From the IMG/VR virus record IMGVR_UViG_2695421015_000001, positions 61,537 through 125,536 of that record: a stretch of 64,000 nucleotides of DNA. One strand, 5' to 3'. This document shows, piece by piece, positions 45,537 through 54,788 of this stretch. The position numbers and the translations under genes are program-made. This DNA comes from a virus (lineage: Duplodnaviria > Caudoviricetes). The notes under the pieces were generated by a model that did no database searches, had not been told where the DNA came from, and worked only from the letters and a program-made list of their open reading frames with translations. Position 1 is the first letter of the stretch. Every line of letters begins with the position of its first letter.

Positions 45537-46565
45537 ATGAAAAAACTGACGTGTGCTGCCGTACTGTTGTTCGCCTTGTTCGCGGGCGCTTGCCCGACGC
45601 TGGCACAGACGACCCAGACGCAACCGTTCTCTTCTTTCGTTCTGGGCCTGCCGGCGATCAGCTCGCTCGCCGGAACCGAAAAGATCTTGACGTTGCAGGG
45701 CGGCGTCCCGATGACCTCCACGCCGGAGCAGATTCTCTCGGCCGCCAATGGAGACTGTGCGTTTAATCCATCGAGTGTCTGCACCAAAACCAGCGGTCTT
45801 CCCTTCGCACCATCGGCCACGACCGACACAACCAACGCTGCGAACATCACCTCTGGCACTCTTAGCGCCAACCGTCTCGCCCTGCAGACGGCGTACTTCT
45901 ATGTCGGCAACGCATCGAACAATCCGGTCGGCACCCCGATGTCGGGCGACTGCACGCTGGCGAGCACGGGCGCGGTTACTTGCACCGAGACCCGTGGAGT
46001 TGCGTTCGCGCCCTCGGCCACGACCGACACGACCAATGCCGGAAACATCAGCTCGGGGACGCTGAACCTTAGCCGCCTCTCTCTGCTCCAGGCGCAATTC
46101 TACGTCGGCAACGCATCCAACAATCCGGCCAGCGTACTGATGTCTGGCGACTGCGGGCTGGCCTACACTGGCGCGGTCACTTGCCCCACGTCCAATGGCT
46201 ACGCCACCGCAACACTCAACAAGCCCGATCAGACGGTAAGCGGTGGTGCGAATGTCACGACATTGATTCTGACCGCAGGAAGTTCGCCGACGATAGACTG
46301 TGGCGCTAGACCTTTGCAGTCCATCATAGCTTCTGCGAGCGCGTGGACAATCTATCCACCATCTAGCGATGGTTCCTGCATGTTGATGGTCATTAACAAT
46401 GCGACATCTGGTAGTCCGGCCCCCACCTTTGCGTCCGGCTTCTATGTTGGCTCAAACACGGGCGACGCCATCCCGACGGGCGCTGGTGCGGTTTACATTA
46501 TCTCCATCGTTCGCATCACGGGGCCTACTGGCGCAGCCTCGACCTACTCGATCAAGGTGATCTAA
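45537..46565 (+). CDS. Tail-fibre-like repeat protein with predicted Sec signal peptide
   Basis: MKKLTCAAVLLFALFAGACPTLA-Q; ~68-aa tandem repeat with FYVGNASNNP...MSGDC......VTC. Confidence 0.75.
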   Translation: MKKLTCAAVLLFALFAGACPTLAQTTQTQPFSSFVLGLPAISSLAGTEKILTLQGGVPMTSTPEQILSAANGDCAFNPSSVCTKTSGLPFAPSATTDTTNAANITSGTLSANRLALQTAYFYVGNASNNPVGTPMSGDCTLASTGAVTCTETRGVAFAPSATTDTTNAGNISSGTLNLSRLSLLQAQFYVGNASNNPASVLMSGDCGLAYTGAVTCPTSNGYATATLNKPDQTVSGGANVTTLILTAGSSPTIDCGARPLQSIIASASAWTIYPPSSDGSCMLMVINNATSGSPAPTFASGFYVGSNTGDAIPTGAGAVYIISIVRITGPTGAASTYSIKVI

Positions 46566-47485
46566 TGATCAGGAGCACTCGTCTTCGCTCCGCGATCTTT
46601 GCGCTCGCCGCCTTCCTCGCGCTCTCGCCGAGCGCCGCACAGATCGGCCCGCTGCCCGGCATGGGGCCGATTGTGTTGGGAGGCGCTATTCCTGCGACTC
46701 CGAGCGTCAACTATCTCGTTGTTGCTGGCGGTGGTGGCGGCTCGCGTAACGGCGGCGGCGGCGGTGCTGGCGGCGTGCTCCCCGGCACAGCGTCGGTTTC
46801 CGGAGCATACAGCATCACAGTTGGTGCCGGTGGTGCTGGCAGCGCTGCCTCGGGAGTTAACGGCAACAACGGCGCAAATTCCGTATTCGGTTCGATCACT
46901 GCAATCGGTGGCGGCGGCGGTGGCGGTAACACCGCCAACGGCAATGCGGGCGGTTCTGGCGGCGGCACGGCGGTCAGCTCAACATCATTAGCGGGCGGCG
47001 CGGGCACGTCCGGACAGGGCTACGCTGGCGGCGCAAACTACGCGGCCTCCTACTATCCATCAGGTGGTGGCGGTGGTGCAGGCGGCGTCGGCGGAACCGG
47101 TTCTGGATCACAGTCAGGATCTGGCGGCCCCGGTATAGCTTCCAGCATAACTGGAACATCGACCTACTACGGTGGTGGTGGCGGCGGTGGTGGCACGTTT
47201 TATGGTGGTCTGAACGGCGCTGGTGGAGCTGGCGGCGGTGGCGCTGGCGGAAATGACAACGGCGGCAACGGCATCAGCGGCACGGCGAACACGGGCGGCG
47301 GCGGCGGCGGCGGTGCTGCCGGGCAGACCTACGCTTACAACGGCGGCAACGGTGGCAGTGGCGAAGTCGTCATCTCCTACCCGAACAACTATCGTCAAGC
47401 GTCGGTGAGCGGCTCGGTCTCGTTCTACAACATCGGCGGCAACTACATCTACGTGTTCACCGGTAGCGGCACGATCTCGTTCTAG
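46565..47485 (+). CDS. Glycine-rich tail-fibre-tip-like protein with predicted Sec signal peptide
   Basis: MIRSTRLRSAIFALAAFLALSPSAA-Q; YLVVAGGGGG...Y.ITVGAGG...ANTGGGGGG...GGSG.V.I.Y. Confidence 0.75.
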   Translation: MIRSTRLRSAIFALAAFLALSPSAAQIGPLPGMGPIVLGGAIPATPSVNYLVVAGGGGGSRNGGGGGAGGVLPGTASVSGAYSITVGAGGAGSAASGVNGNNGANSVFGSITAIGGGGGGGNTANGNAGGSGGGTAVSSTSLAGGAGTSGQGYAGGANYAASYYPSGGGGGAGGVGGTGSGSQSGSGGPGIASSITGTSTYYGGGGGGGGTFYGGLNGAGGAGGGGAGGNDNGGNGISGTANTGGGGGGGAAGQTYAYNGGNGGSGEVVISYPNNYRQASVSGSVSFYNIGGNYIYVFTGSGTISF

Positions 47486-47514
47486 CGGATCTCGACCAGC
47501 AACACGTCCGTCCC

Positions 47515-47542
47515 AAGGCGCCTCACGGCGCCTTTTTCTTTT
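47515..47542 (+). terminator. Intrinsic terminator
   Basis: aaggcgcc-tcac-ggcgcctt-tttctttt. Confidence 0.75.
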
Positions 47543-47569
47543 CCAACACCCAATCAAGGAGCATGGCGC

Positions 47570-49303
47570 ATGGACCGCCAGACGATTTACGCTGGCCAGA
47601 TTCCGCTTGAGACGGATCAGCTCAAGCAGTCGCAGAACGCGATGGTCGGCCTCGCCAAGCTGGCTTCCGCCGTGCTCGGCTCGACCACCATCGTCAACGC
47701 ATTCACTGTCACGCCGACGGTGCCGGCTTCTCTCAACGTCATCGTGACGCCGGGCGAAATCTATCAGCTCGAAAATCTCGAGGCGTCGGCGTGGAGCTCG
47801 CTGTCCCCCGACACGCACACCATCCTGAAGCAGGGGGTCATCCTCGACCCCGTGACGCTCGGCATCACGCCGCCGACCACGGTCGGATACAGCCAGGTCT
47901 TCCTCATCGAGGTGCAGTATCAGGACCTCGACACCGGGTCGACGGTGCTGCCGTACTTCAACGCCAACGTCCCCACCGTCCCGTTCTCTGGCCCCGGCAA
48001 CGCCGGCTCTGCGCAGAATACCGTGCGCAAGGGCGTCGCCTCGGTTCAGATCAAGGCCGGTCTCGCTGCGCCGTCCGGCACGCAGACGGCACCCACGGCG
48101 GATGCCGGCTGGACCGGCATCTATCTGGTCACCGTCGCCAACGGCGCGACCACGATCACGTCGGGCAACATCACGCCGGTGTCGGGCGCGCCGTTCATTC
48201 CCGTGACGCTCCCGCAAGTCCCGGCGGGTGTTCAGTCCGGTCAGTGGCTGTACGGCACCGACACGGGCGGCGTGAACGCCATGGTGGCGAACGTCACGCC
48301 GGTCCCTACGACGCTTACCCCCGGCATGACCGTCCACATCAGGGCGGCCAATTCCAACACGGGCGCAACGACCTTTAACCTGAACGGCCTCGGCGCATCG
48401 GCCGTTCACCGCGCCAACGGCGCGGCCTTGTCTGCCGGCGACATCAACGCCGGCATGGTCGTCGAACTTATCTGGGATGGTTCGAGCTGGCAGATCGCCA
48501 ATTATTTCGGCTTCACCTCCAGCACGGTCAACAACAACACTTACACGCTGTCGATCCCCTATGCGGCGGACTCGAGCGGCGTAGCCAACTCAATCGTGGT
48601 CGCTCCCAACCCGGCGCTCACCGCGCTGACGGCGGGCAACGAGCTTATGGTCAAGCTCGCCAACACCAACACGGGCGCGACGACGATCACCGTCAACTCT
48701 CTGGCGGCGGTCTCTGTCGTCAACCCCAATGGTTCGGCGCTCACCGCGGGACAGATCGTCGCCGGCGAAATGCTTTGGCTGCTCTACGACGGCACCCACT
48801 TCCAGGTGTGCAATCCCAGCGTGGCCACCGTCAACGTCTACAACCTCACCAACGCGCCCTTCGCCGACGTCAGCACCTTCTACGGGTCCGGTTCTGTTGA
48901 AGCGCCGTATGCCACTCACACCTTCGCGCCGTTCACGTCGGCGACGATTGGAAGTCAGGGCAACGTCGCGTTCTCTTCGGGAGAGATCGTGATCGAGACG
49001 GCTGGCCGCTACCTGTTCGCGTACTCCACCGACGTCTACAGCGTTTCCGGCTCCGATCCCTACGCCGCGTTGTCGTCAGGCTGGATACTTTGGAACGGAG
49101 CCGTTCAGTCGCCGTCTGGAAACGGTCTCCAGATCGTCAACGACTCTGGTCCTTACATCAAGGAGGATTACGGCGGCGGATGCTGGATACAGAGCCTTAG
49201 CGCCGGCGACACCATCGCGTTCGCTGTCTACCAGGTTAACGGTAGCTCGCTGACGTACGATGTTGGCTACGGCTTCAATGTAACCGTGACGAGGGTGCAC
49301 TAA
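47570..49303 (+). CDS. Main tail fibre protein
   Basis: MDRQ.IY.GQIP.ETD baseplate-attachment N-terminus; two NTGA.T...N...L.AG.I.AG repeats; beta-sandwich-like tip. Confidence 0.85.
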   Translation: MDRQTIYAGQIPLETDQLKQSQNAMVGLAKLASAVLGSTTIVNAFTVTPTVPASLNVIVTPGEIYQLENLEASAWSSLSPDTHTILKQGVILDPVTLGITPPTTVGYSQVFLIEVQYQDLDTGSTVLPYFNANVPTVPFSGPGNAGSAQNTVRKGVASVQIKAGLAAPSGTQTAPTADAGWTGIYLVTVANGATTITSGNITPVSGAPFIPVTLPQVPAGVQSGQWLYGTDTGGVNAMVANVTPVPTTLTPGMTVHIRAANSNTGATTFNLNGLGASAVHRANGAALSAGDINAGMVVELIWDGSSWQIANYFGFTSSTVNNNTYTLSIPYAADSSGVANSIVVAPNPALTALTAGNELMVKLANTNTGATTITVNSLAAVSVVNPNGSALTAGQIVAGEMLWLLYDGTHFQVCNPSVATVNVYNLTNAPFADVSTFYGSGSVEAPYATHTFAPFTSATIGSQGNVAFSSGEIVIETAGRYLFAYSTDVYSVSGSDPYAALSSGWILWNGAVQSPSGNGLQIVNDSGPYIKEDYGGGCWIQSLSAGDTIAFAVYQVNGSSLTYDVGYGFNVTVTRVH

Positions 49304-49843
49304 ATGTTGACCTTGACCATGACAGCCGCTCAAGCGTCGGTGTTTTGCACGCGGTTCAGCGCAACTGAACCGGCGGCTAATCCGGTGTGGAACGGAACCG
49401 CGCTGCTGATCCCCGATGCCTACGCGACCGCCGCGCAGACGTTGTTCGCCGCCGGCTTTGCGCCGACGGCGGCAGAACTGATCTCCTACGCCAACACCAA
49501 GCAGTCGAAGATCATGGGCGGGGGCACGCTGGTGTCGGTCGGCAACGGCGTCCTCGTCGAATGTTCGACTGACCCCTCCAGCCTTGTGCTGCTGCAGGGG
49601 GCTGCGTCGATCGCTGCGACCTCTCCGACGGCCACGTTCAATTGGGTGCCGACCAACGGCACCCCGATCACGCTGGTCGCCGCGCAGATGACAGCAATGT
49701 TCGCCTCTGTGTCGACCTTCCTGCAAGCAACCTTCACGACGCTCAGTCAGGTCATCACCGCTATCAACGCCGGCACCATCACCACGACGGCGCAGGTCGA
49801 CACGCCGCCGTCGCCGATCCCGGCGTGGCCGGTTAACTCGTAA
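49304..49843 (+). CDS. Tail fibre assembly protein (DUF4376-like)
   Basis: Follows the fibre; W...NG..I.L.A.Q......V....Q..F...AI.AGTITT..QVD. Confidence 0.65.
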   Translation: MLTLTMTAAQASVFCTRFSATEPAANPVWNGTALLIPDAYATAAQTLFAAGFAPTAAELISYANTKQSKIMGGGTLVSVGNGVLVECSTDPSSLVLLQGAASIAATSPTATFNWVPTNGTPITLVAAQMTAMFASVSTFLQATFTTLSQVITAINAGTITTTAQVDTPPSPIPAWPVNS

Positions 49844-49848
49844 CCCTC

Positions 49849-49872
49849 AAAGCCGCCTTCGGGCGGCTTTTT
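49849..49872 (+). terminator. Intrinsic terminator
   Basis: aagccgcc-ttcg-ggcggctt-ttt. Confidence 0.8.
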
Positions 49873-49887
49873 CATTCGGACATCACC

Positions 49888-50529
49888 ATGGATCAAGCGC
49901 TTTTCGGCGCCGCTTTGACGCGGCTGTGGCCGCACGCGGACATGCATATCCCCGGCCTGACGGCGGCAATGATCGCGCAGGCGCCGGTACTGTTCCCGAA
50001 ATACGGTCTGACCTCGCCGGTGGCGATCGCCATCATGATGGGCGAGTTCACCGAAGAGTGCGCCGGCGGGGAGCAGGTCGAGGAAGACCTCAATTACCGC
50101 GCCCCCGTGCTGCATTCGCAGTGGCCGACGCACTTCACGATGGCTCAGGCGCTGGAGATGCAGCACCAGCCGCGCCTGATCGCGAACCAAGCCTATAACG
50201 GGAGGATGGGCAACCGCATCGGCACCGATGACGGTTGGGACTATCGCGGCCGCGGTCCCGCGCAGAGCACCGGCGAAGAGGCGTACGCGCTGCTGACCAA
50301 GCTGCTCGGCGTCGACTTCATCAACCATCCCGAACTCATCAACACGCGCGAGCACTTCTTCGAGGCCGGCATCGTCGACTTCGTCAAGATTTGCGGCTGC
50401 CTGCCTTACGCGCAGCGCGGCGACGAAGTGAACGCCACGCGCCACCTCAACGGCGGCCTGATCGGACTCAAGCAGCGCGAGGTCTCGACCTCGATGTGGG
50501 GGCACGCCTTTGGCGTGGTGCTGCCGTGA
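49888..50529 (+). CDS. Endolysin, glycoside hydrolase family 19-like
   Basis: EE.LNY...IAN.AY.GRMGN....DGW.YRGRG..Q.TG...NGG.IGL..R. Confidence 0.88.
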   Translation: MDQALFGAALTRLWPHADMHIPGLTAAMIAQAPVLFPKYGLTSPVAIAIMMGEFTEECAGGEQVEEDLNYRAPVLHSQWPTHFTMAQALEMQHQPRLIANQAYNGRMGNRIGTDDGWDYRGRGPAQSTGEEAYALLTKLLGVDFINHPELINTREHFFEAGIVDFVKICGCLPYAQRGDEVNATRHLNGGLIGLKQREVSTSMWGHAFGVVLP

Positions 50530-50726
50530 TGACGCAAGCTGCCGTGAAGACATCGATCGACAGCGCGCTCGGCTCCCAGCTTGACCGGCTGTTCGGGGTT
50601 TTGGTTACGAACCTGGAAACGCAATCCGCGGCCGAAGCGACCGCCGAATTTCGCAAGGGCCTCGAGTTCAGCCTTCGCGCGCATGCCATCGCGACCTCGG
50701 TCGCCGAAGAACTCATCAAGGGCTAA
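50529..50726 (+). CDS. Small hypothetical protein
   Basis: TGATG coupling; C-terminal part of ORF 50235..50726. Confidence 0.6.
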   Translation: MTQAAVKTSIDSALGSQLDRLFGVLVTNLETQSAAEATAEFRKGLEFSLRAHAIATSVAEELIKG

Positions 50727-50728
50727 AA

Positions 50729-51196
50729 ATGATCACGATCCGGTTCGTTACCGGACACGACCTCGTGTCCGACGGCATTCGCGCGTTCGAATATGGCTTT
50801 TGGGCAACACACGTCGAAGCTCTGATGCCGGACGGGACGTTGCTGGGCGCGCACGCTGAGGGCGGCGTCCTGGCTCGCCCGCACGACTACGACAAATCCG
50901 TGTTTACCCGGGAGCTTTATGTTTCGATCCCGGCAACGGCTGCACAGACGGACGCCTTCCATAGCTTCCTGCGGTCGCAGATCGACAAGCCATACGACTT
51001 CAAGGCGATCGCCGGCATCGCGCTAGAGCGAGACTGGCAGTCGACCAATGCATGGTTCTGCAGCGAGCTGCAGGCCGCAGGCCTCTGTCGTCCGGAAGTG
51101 GCGATCTTCCCGCCGCATCTGGCGACCGAGTTCAACCACGTTACCCCTCGCGATTTGCTGCTGATCGTGAGTGGTCGCATCGACCTGGCAGCGTAA
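50729..51196 (+). CDS. Permuted papain-like (NlpC/P60, YiiX-type) enzyme
   Basis: THVE (His) precedes KPYD...WFCSEL (Cys). Confidence 0.8.
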   Translation: MITIRFVTGHDLVSDGIRAFEYGFWATHVEALMPDGTLLGAHAEGGVLARPHDYDKSVFTRELYVSIPATAAQTDAFHSFLRSQIDKPYDFKAIAGIALERDWQSTNAWFCSELQAAGLCRPEVAIFPPHLATEFNHVTPRDLLLIVSGRIDLAA

Positions 51197-51246
51197 CTCG
51201 AACCACCCGCGTTCGCAGCGGGATACCCCCACAAGGAGACCGACCG

Positions 51247-52101
51247 ATGAAGTTCAATATCAGTATGGCCATTCTCTTGCTGGCCTTTCTGATCGATGTT
51301 GAGGGCGCGATCGCCAACGACAAGATCAGCCTCGTTGGCATGGTGCCAGCCGCCTGGATCGAAGCGATCAAGGCGTGGGACAAGTTCCTGCTGTTTTGCG
51401 GCACCAGCCTGATCGGACTGCTCGCGGCCCCCGGTGCCTTCACCAAGAGGGTTGCCGGCGCAGCGGCGGCGGTTCTCGTCGCCTTCGCCCTGCTGACCGC
51501 CACGGTCAGTACAGCGCACGCCGCCGACGTCGTCACCACGACTGCAACGACGAGCGCGGCGGTCACGCCAGCGACGCAGAACAACTGCCTCATCAACTCC
51601 TGCACCGGCTGGTATGCTGGTGTCGGCTTGACCGGCAACGGCACCAACGCCGACATCCTCGGCAGCGGGCTCAACGGGTCGGTTTTTGCCGCGGGCGGCA
51701 TGCTGGACATGCACGGCGGCTACCAACTCTGGAACGGCACCTATTTCGCCGCGGTGGAAGCCGGTCTCGGATACCAGTTTCAGAACGGTGCGATTGCGGT
51801 CACCACCAACAACCTGACCGGCTACGAGATCGTGAAGTTCGGCGGCAACCTTAGCGGCCTAGTCAACAACGCATCGAGCCCAATCGCCATTCCGAGCTCG
51901 CTGTCCAATGTCCTGATGTCTCCGTATTTCGCTATGGGCGCGATCCAGCGTGATGGCGTGTCGCAGTGGGCGACCGGCGCAGGTGCCGCGTTCCTGCTGG
52001 CGACGAACTGGGACTTGGACATCCGGTACCTGTACGCGCCGGCGGCCGGCAATGTCGGCTCCGACAACCTCGTCACGATCGGTCTCAACAAGCACTTCTG
52101 A
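51247..52101 (+). CDS. Holin-like TM segment + internal signal peptide + Omp25/RopB-like beta-barrel
   Basis: Two N-terminal hydrophobic segments, then KRVAGAAAAVLVAFALLTATVSTAHA-AD, then GWYAG...GGYQ...WATGAG...VTIGLNKHF with terminal Phe. Confidence 0.75.
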   Translation: MKFNISMAILLLAFLIDVEGAIANDKISLVGMVPAAWIEAIKAWDKFLLFCGTSLIGLLAAPGAFTKRVAGAAAAVLVAFALLTATVSTAHAADVVTTTATTSAAVTPATQNNCLINSCTGWYAGVGLTGNGTNADILGSGLNGSVFAAGGMLDMHGGYQLWNGTYFAAVEAGLGYQFQNGAIAVTTNNLTGYEIVKFGGNLSGLVNNASSPIAIPSSLSNVLMSPYFAMGAIQRDGVSQWATGAGAAFLLATNWDLDIRYLYAPAAGNVGSDNLVTIGLNKHF

Positions 52102-52162
52102 GTGCCCGTCCACACAGGCGGGCTGGCTCGTCGGCAGCCCGCCGACAATCAAAGGAAAGATC

Positions 52163-52348
52163 ATGCGAATGCACCATGACTCGTTCGTGAACATCCCGCT
52201 TGCAGTCGTCTGGATGGCCTCGGGGTACTGGCTTCATCTCTTCGAGAGCGGGTCGTGGTTCTTCGGCACGCTGCTTCCCTACATCGGGGTCGCGGTTGGT
52301 GGCCTGCAGATCTTCCTCCTGACGCGAAAACTCAGGCGCCCGAACTAG
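52163..52348 (+). CDS. Putative holin with Met-Arg-Met dual start
   Basis: 61 aa, two hydrophobic segments, basic C-terminus RKLRRPN, AAGGA RBS. Confidence 0.6.
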   Translation: MRMHHDSFVNIPLAVVWMASGYWLHLFESGSWFFGTLLPYIGVAVGGLQIFLLTRKLRRPN

Positions 52349-52385
52349 GGCGCCTCTTTCAATCATCACCGCAATAGAGGCTTAA

Positions 52386-53060
52386 ATGGTTCCCCACGTT
52401 GTTATCATCGGCGCCGACAAGGGCGGCGTCGGCAAGACCACCGTTTCCCGCACCTTCATGGACTACTTCCAGTCCCACGGTATCAGCGTCCGCGCGCGCG
52501 ACACCGAATACCCGCAGGGCGTCCTGCAGCGTTTCCATCCCGACAAGACCAAGATCGTCAATCTCGAAGAGAGCGACGACCAGGTCGAGGTGTTCGACAA
52601 TCTGCGCGACGCGCAGGTGACGTTGATCGACATCCGGGCCGGGCTCCTGTCGAAGACCCTCGCGACGCTGTCCGAGATCGGCTTTCTTGCCGGCGCGAAG
52701 GACGGCCGGCTACGGATCTCGGTGGTGCACGTCATCGGCTCGAACAAGGCTTCCTTCGACGAGATCGAAGCCACCGCCAGCGCGGTGGAGGGGGCCAAGC
52801 ACTATGTGCTGCTCAATCACATGAACAAGTCGAAGTTCATGGGGCTGCCCGCTTCAGTCAGAGACCCCATCATCGTGCCGATGCTCAACGAACTCGCGGC
52901 CGACACCGTCGACCGCCTCGGTATCGGCTTCGATGCCTACTGCTCCGGCATCGGCCTCGAGGCCGGTCAGACCCCGTCGAGCGTTCTGGCTGGCTATATC
53001 CGCGCCTGGAAGACCCGCGTCTTCGCCGAGTACGACCGGCGCGCGCTCAACGCACTCTAA
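52386..53060 (+). CDS. ParA/MinD-family P-loop ATPase
   Basis: Deviant Walker A DKGGVGKTT. Confidence 0.8.
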   Translation: MVPHVVIIGADKGGVGKTTVSRTFMDYFQSHGISVRARDTEYPQGVLQRFHPDKTKIVNLEESDDQVEVFDNLRDAQVTLIDIRAGLLSKTLATLSEIGFLAGAKDGRLRISVVHVIGSNKASFDEIEATASAVEGAKHYVLLNHMNKSKFMGLPASVRDPIIVPMLNELAADTVDRLGIGFDAYCSGIGLEAGQTPSSVLAGYIRAWKTRVFAEYDRRALNAL

Positions 53061-53082
53061 CCGATCGACCAGTCCTTCCTCC

Positions 53083-53110
53083 ACGGCGCGGCTTCGGCCG
53101 CGCCGTTTTT
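53083..53110 (+). terminator. Intrinsic terminator
   Basis: acggcgcggc-ttcg-gccgcgccgt-tttt. Confidence 0.8.
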
Positions 53111-53129
53111 GTTTGCTTATGAGGTGACC

Positions 53130-54356
53130 ATGCCGAGACCGCCGCTTTCTAACGAAGTTCTCACTGCGACGGTGGAGGCGTACAACGCCAATGACAGAAG
53201 TTGGATAAGGACCGCGCAAGCTCTCGGTATAGGGGAGCGCACCGTAGGGGATAGACTGAAACAGGCCGCCAAGCGCGGCCTTCTTCTTGACCACCCGCCG
53301 GCAAAGCCGGGTTTCGAGATCACCAAGATCACGACCGCCCCCGACGGGGGCCAGCACATCACCGAAAAGCTAGAACACGGCGACGTGTTCAAGATGCCGA
53401 AGACGCACTTCCTCGGCAAGATGACGGTCAACCGCGACGCCAGCGGTCGCGTCATTCAGGACTGGATCAGAGCCGAAGTTGACGACGTGGCGCGCGAGGC
53501 GGCCATGCGCGCCGCCGTTGCCGCGTTCTCGTCGGAGATCCCCCGCGCCGAGCCTGTCCACCTCAATCTCATCGGCAACGCCGACCTCGTCAACCAGTAC
53601 ACCGTGACCGACTACCACTTCGGCATGCTGTCGTGGAAGGAGGAGACGGGCGGGGACTGGGATCTGAAGATCGCCGAGAAGCTCTGGATCAATTGGTTTG
53701 CTGCCGCGATCCGGCAGTCGCCGGATGCCGAGCAGGCCATCCTGGCGCAGCTCGGCGACCTCCTGCACTTCGACTCGCTGAAGGCGATCACGCCGGCGCA
53801 CGGGCACATCCTCGACGCCGACTCGCGCTTTGCCAAGATCGTTCGTGTTGTTATCCGCTGCATGCGCGCCGCCGTTCGCATGCTGCTTGAGAAGCACGAC
53901 CACCTGCATCTGATCATGGCGGACGCCAACCACGACGAGGCCAGCGAGGTCTGGCTTCGCGAGATGTTCGCCGCCCACTTTGAAGACGAGCCGCGGATCA
54001 CCATCGATCGCACGCCGGGGACGTACTACGCCTACGAGTGGGGTCTGACCTCGCTGTTCTACCACCACGGCCACAAGAAAAAGATGAAGGACGTCGACTC
54101 GACGTGGGTCGGGCGCTACCGGGAAATCTACGGGCGGACCAAATTCGCCTACGGCCACACCGGGCACCTCCACTCCGACGAGTTGATATCGACCAACCTG
54201 ATGAAGGTGGAGCGTCACGAGACGCTGGCGGCGCCGAGCGCCTTCGAGGCCAACGGCGGCTACAACTCCGGCCGTTCGGCCAAGGTCATCACGTACTCGA
54301 AGCGCTTCGGCGAGGTCGGGCGCGTCACACTGACCCCGGAGATGGTTGCCGCATGA
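53130..54356 (+). CDS. HTH + calcineurin-like metallophosphoesterase
   Basis: TAQALGI..RTV HTH; D.H.G, GD..H.D, ANHD, HHGH and GH.H motifs. Confidence 0.8.
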   Translation: MPRPPLSNEVLTATVEAYNANDRSWIRTAQALGIGERTVGDRLKQAAKRGLLLDHPPAKPGFEITKITTAPDGGQHITEKLEHGDVFKMPKTHFLGKMTVNRDASGRVIQDWIRAEVDDVAREAAMRAAVAAFSSEIPRAEPVHLNLIGNADLVNQYTVTDYHFGMLSWKEETGGDWDLKIAEKLWINWFAAAIRQSPDAEQAILAQLGDLLHFDSLKAITPAHGHILDADSRFAKIVRVVIRCMRAAVRMLLEKHDHLHLIMADANHDEASEVWLREMFAAHFEDEPRITIDRTPGTYYAYEWGLTSLFYHHGHKKKMKDVDSTWVGRYREIYGRTKFAYGHTGHLHSDELISTNLMKVERHETLAAPSAFEANGGYNSGRSAKVITYSKRFGEVGRVTLTPEMVAA

Positions 54357-54718
54357 CGCTGCCGCTGCACCCAGAGTCGATCGCGGCGCTCTATGAATAC
54401 CTGCGATCGATGCCGCCGTTCCGGACGCTCAAGGGGATGCCGCACGCCGACGAGGTCGAGTTCTGGGTTGTGAAGGACCGCGAACGCTTCGGCTGGTATC
54501 GCCGCATTGGAGGGCGACCGCGCATCTCGATCTCGTCTCCGTCGATTGGCCAGACCGTGACGCTCATCGAGACCCTTGGTCATGAAATGATCCATCTCGT
54601 GCTCGAGTGCTCCGGCCTTGAAACCGGAGGTAACGAGAACACTCACAACGCGCCATTTCGAAAACTGGCCGCGCGCTTCTGCAAGGTGCACGGCCTCGAC
54701 TTGAAGGCGTTCTATTAG
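54353..54718 (+). CDS. SprT-like zinc metalloprotease
   Basis: TLGHEMIH...H...F. Confidence 0.7.
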   Translation: MTLPLHPESIAALYEYLRSMPPFRTLKGMPHADEVEFWVVKDRERFGWYRRIGGRPRISISSPSIGQTVTLIETLGHEMIHLVLECSGLETGGNENTHNAPFRKLAARFCKVHGLDLKAFY

Positions 54719-54788
54719 TGTCATCGGCTCCTGCCAGTGAAGCCGGCGCGGTCGCGGTGGGTGTGCTTAATGCCGACCCTATTGAGCG

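Larger units (their letters stand above)
1..54718. mobile_element. Prophage/phage with contractile tail; left end outside the window, right end approximate
   Basis: Complete ordered head-neck-sheath-tube-TMP-baseplate-fibre-lysis module plus small accessory genes; gene content changes after 54718. No att site or integrase seen. Confidence 0.9.

Noticed and set aside
46720-47360. GGC/GGT-rich repeats as a VNTR or DGR target
   Set aside because: They simply encode the glycine-rich domain; no reverse transcriptase or adenine-variant template repeat was seen.
17185-49843. Gene transfer agent or tailocin/eCIS interpretation
   Set aside because: A full head, terminase, portal and a large accessory region indicate a genuine phage; only the spike-base gene is GTA-like.
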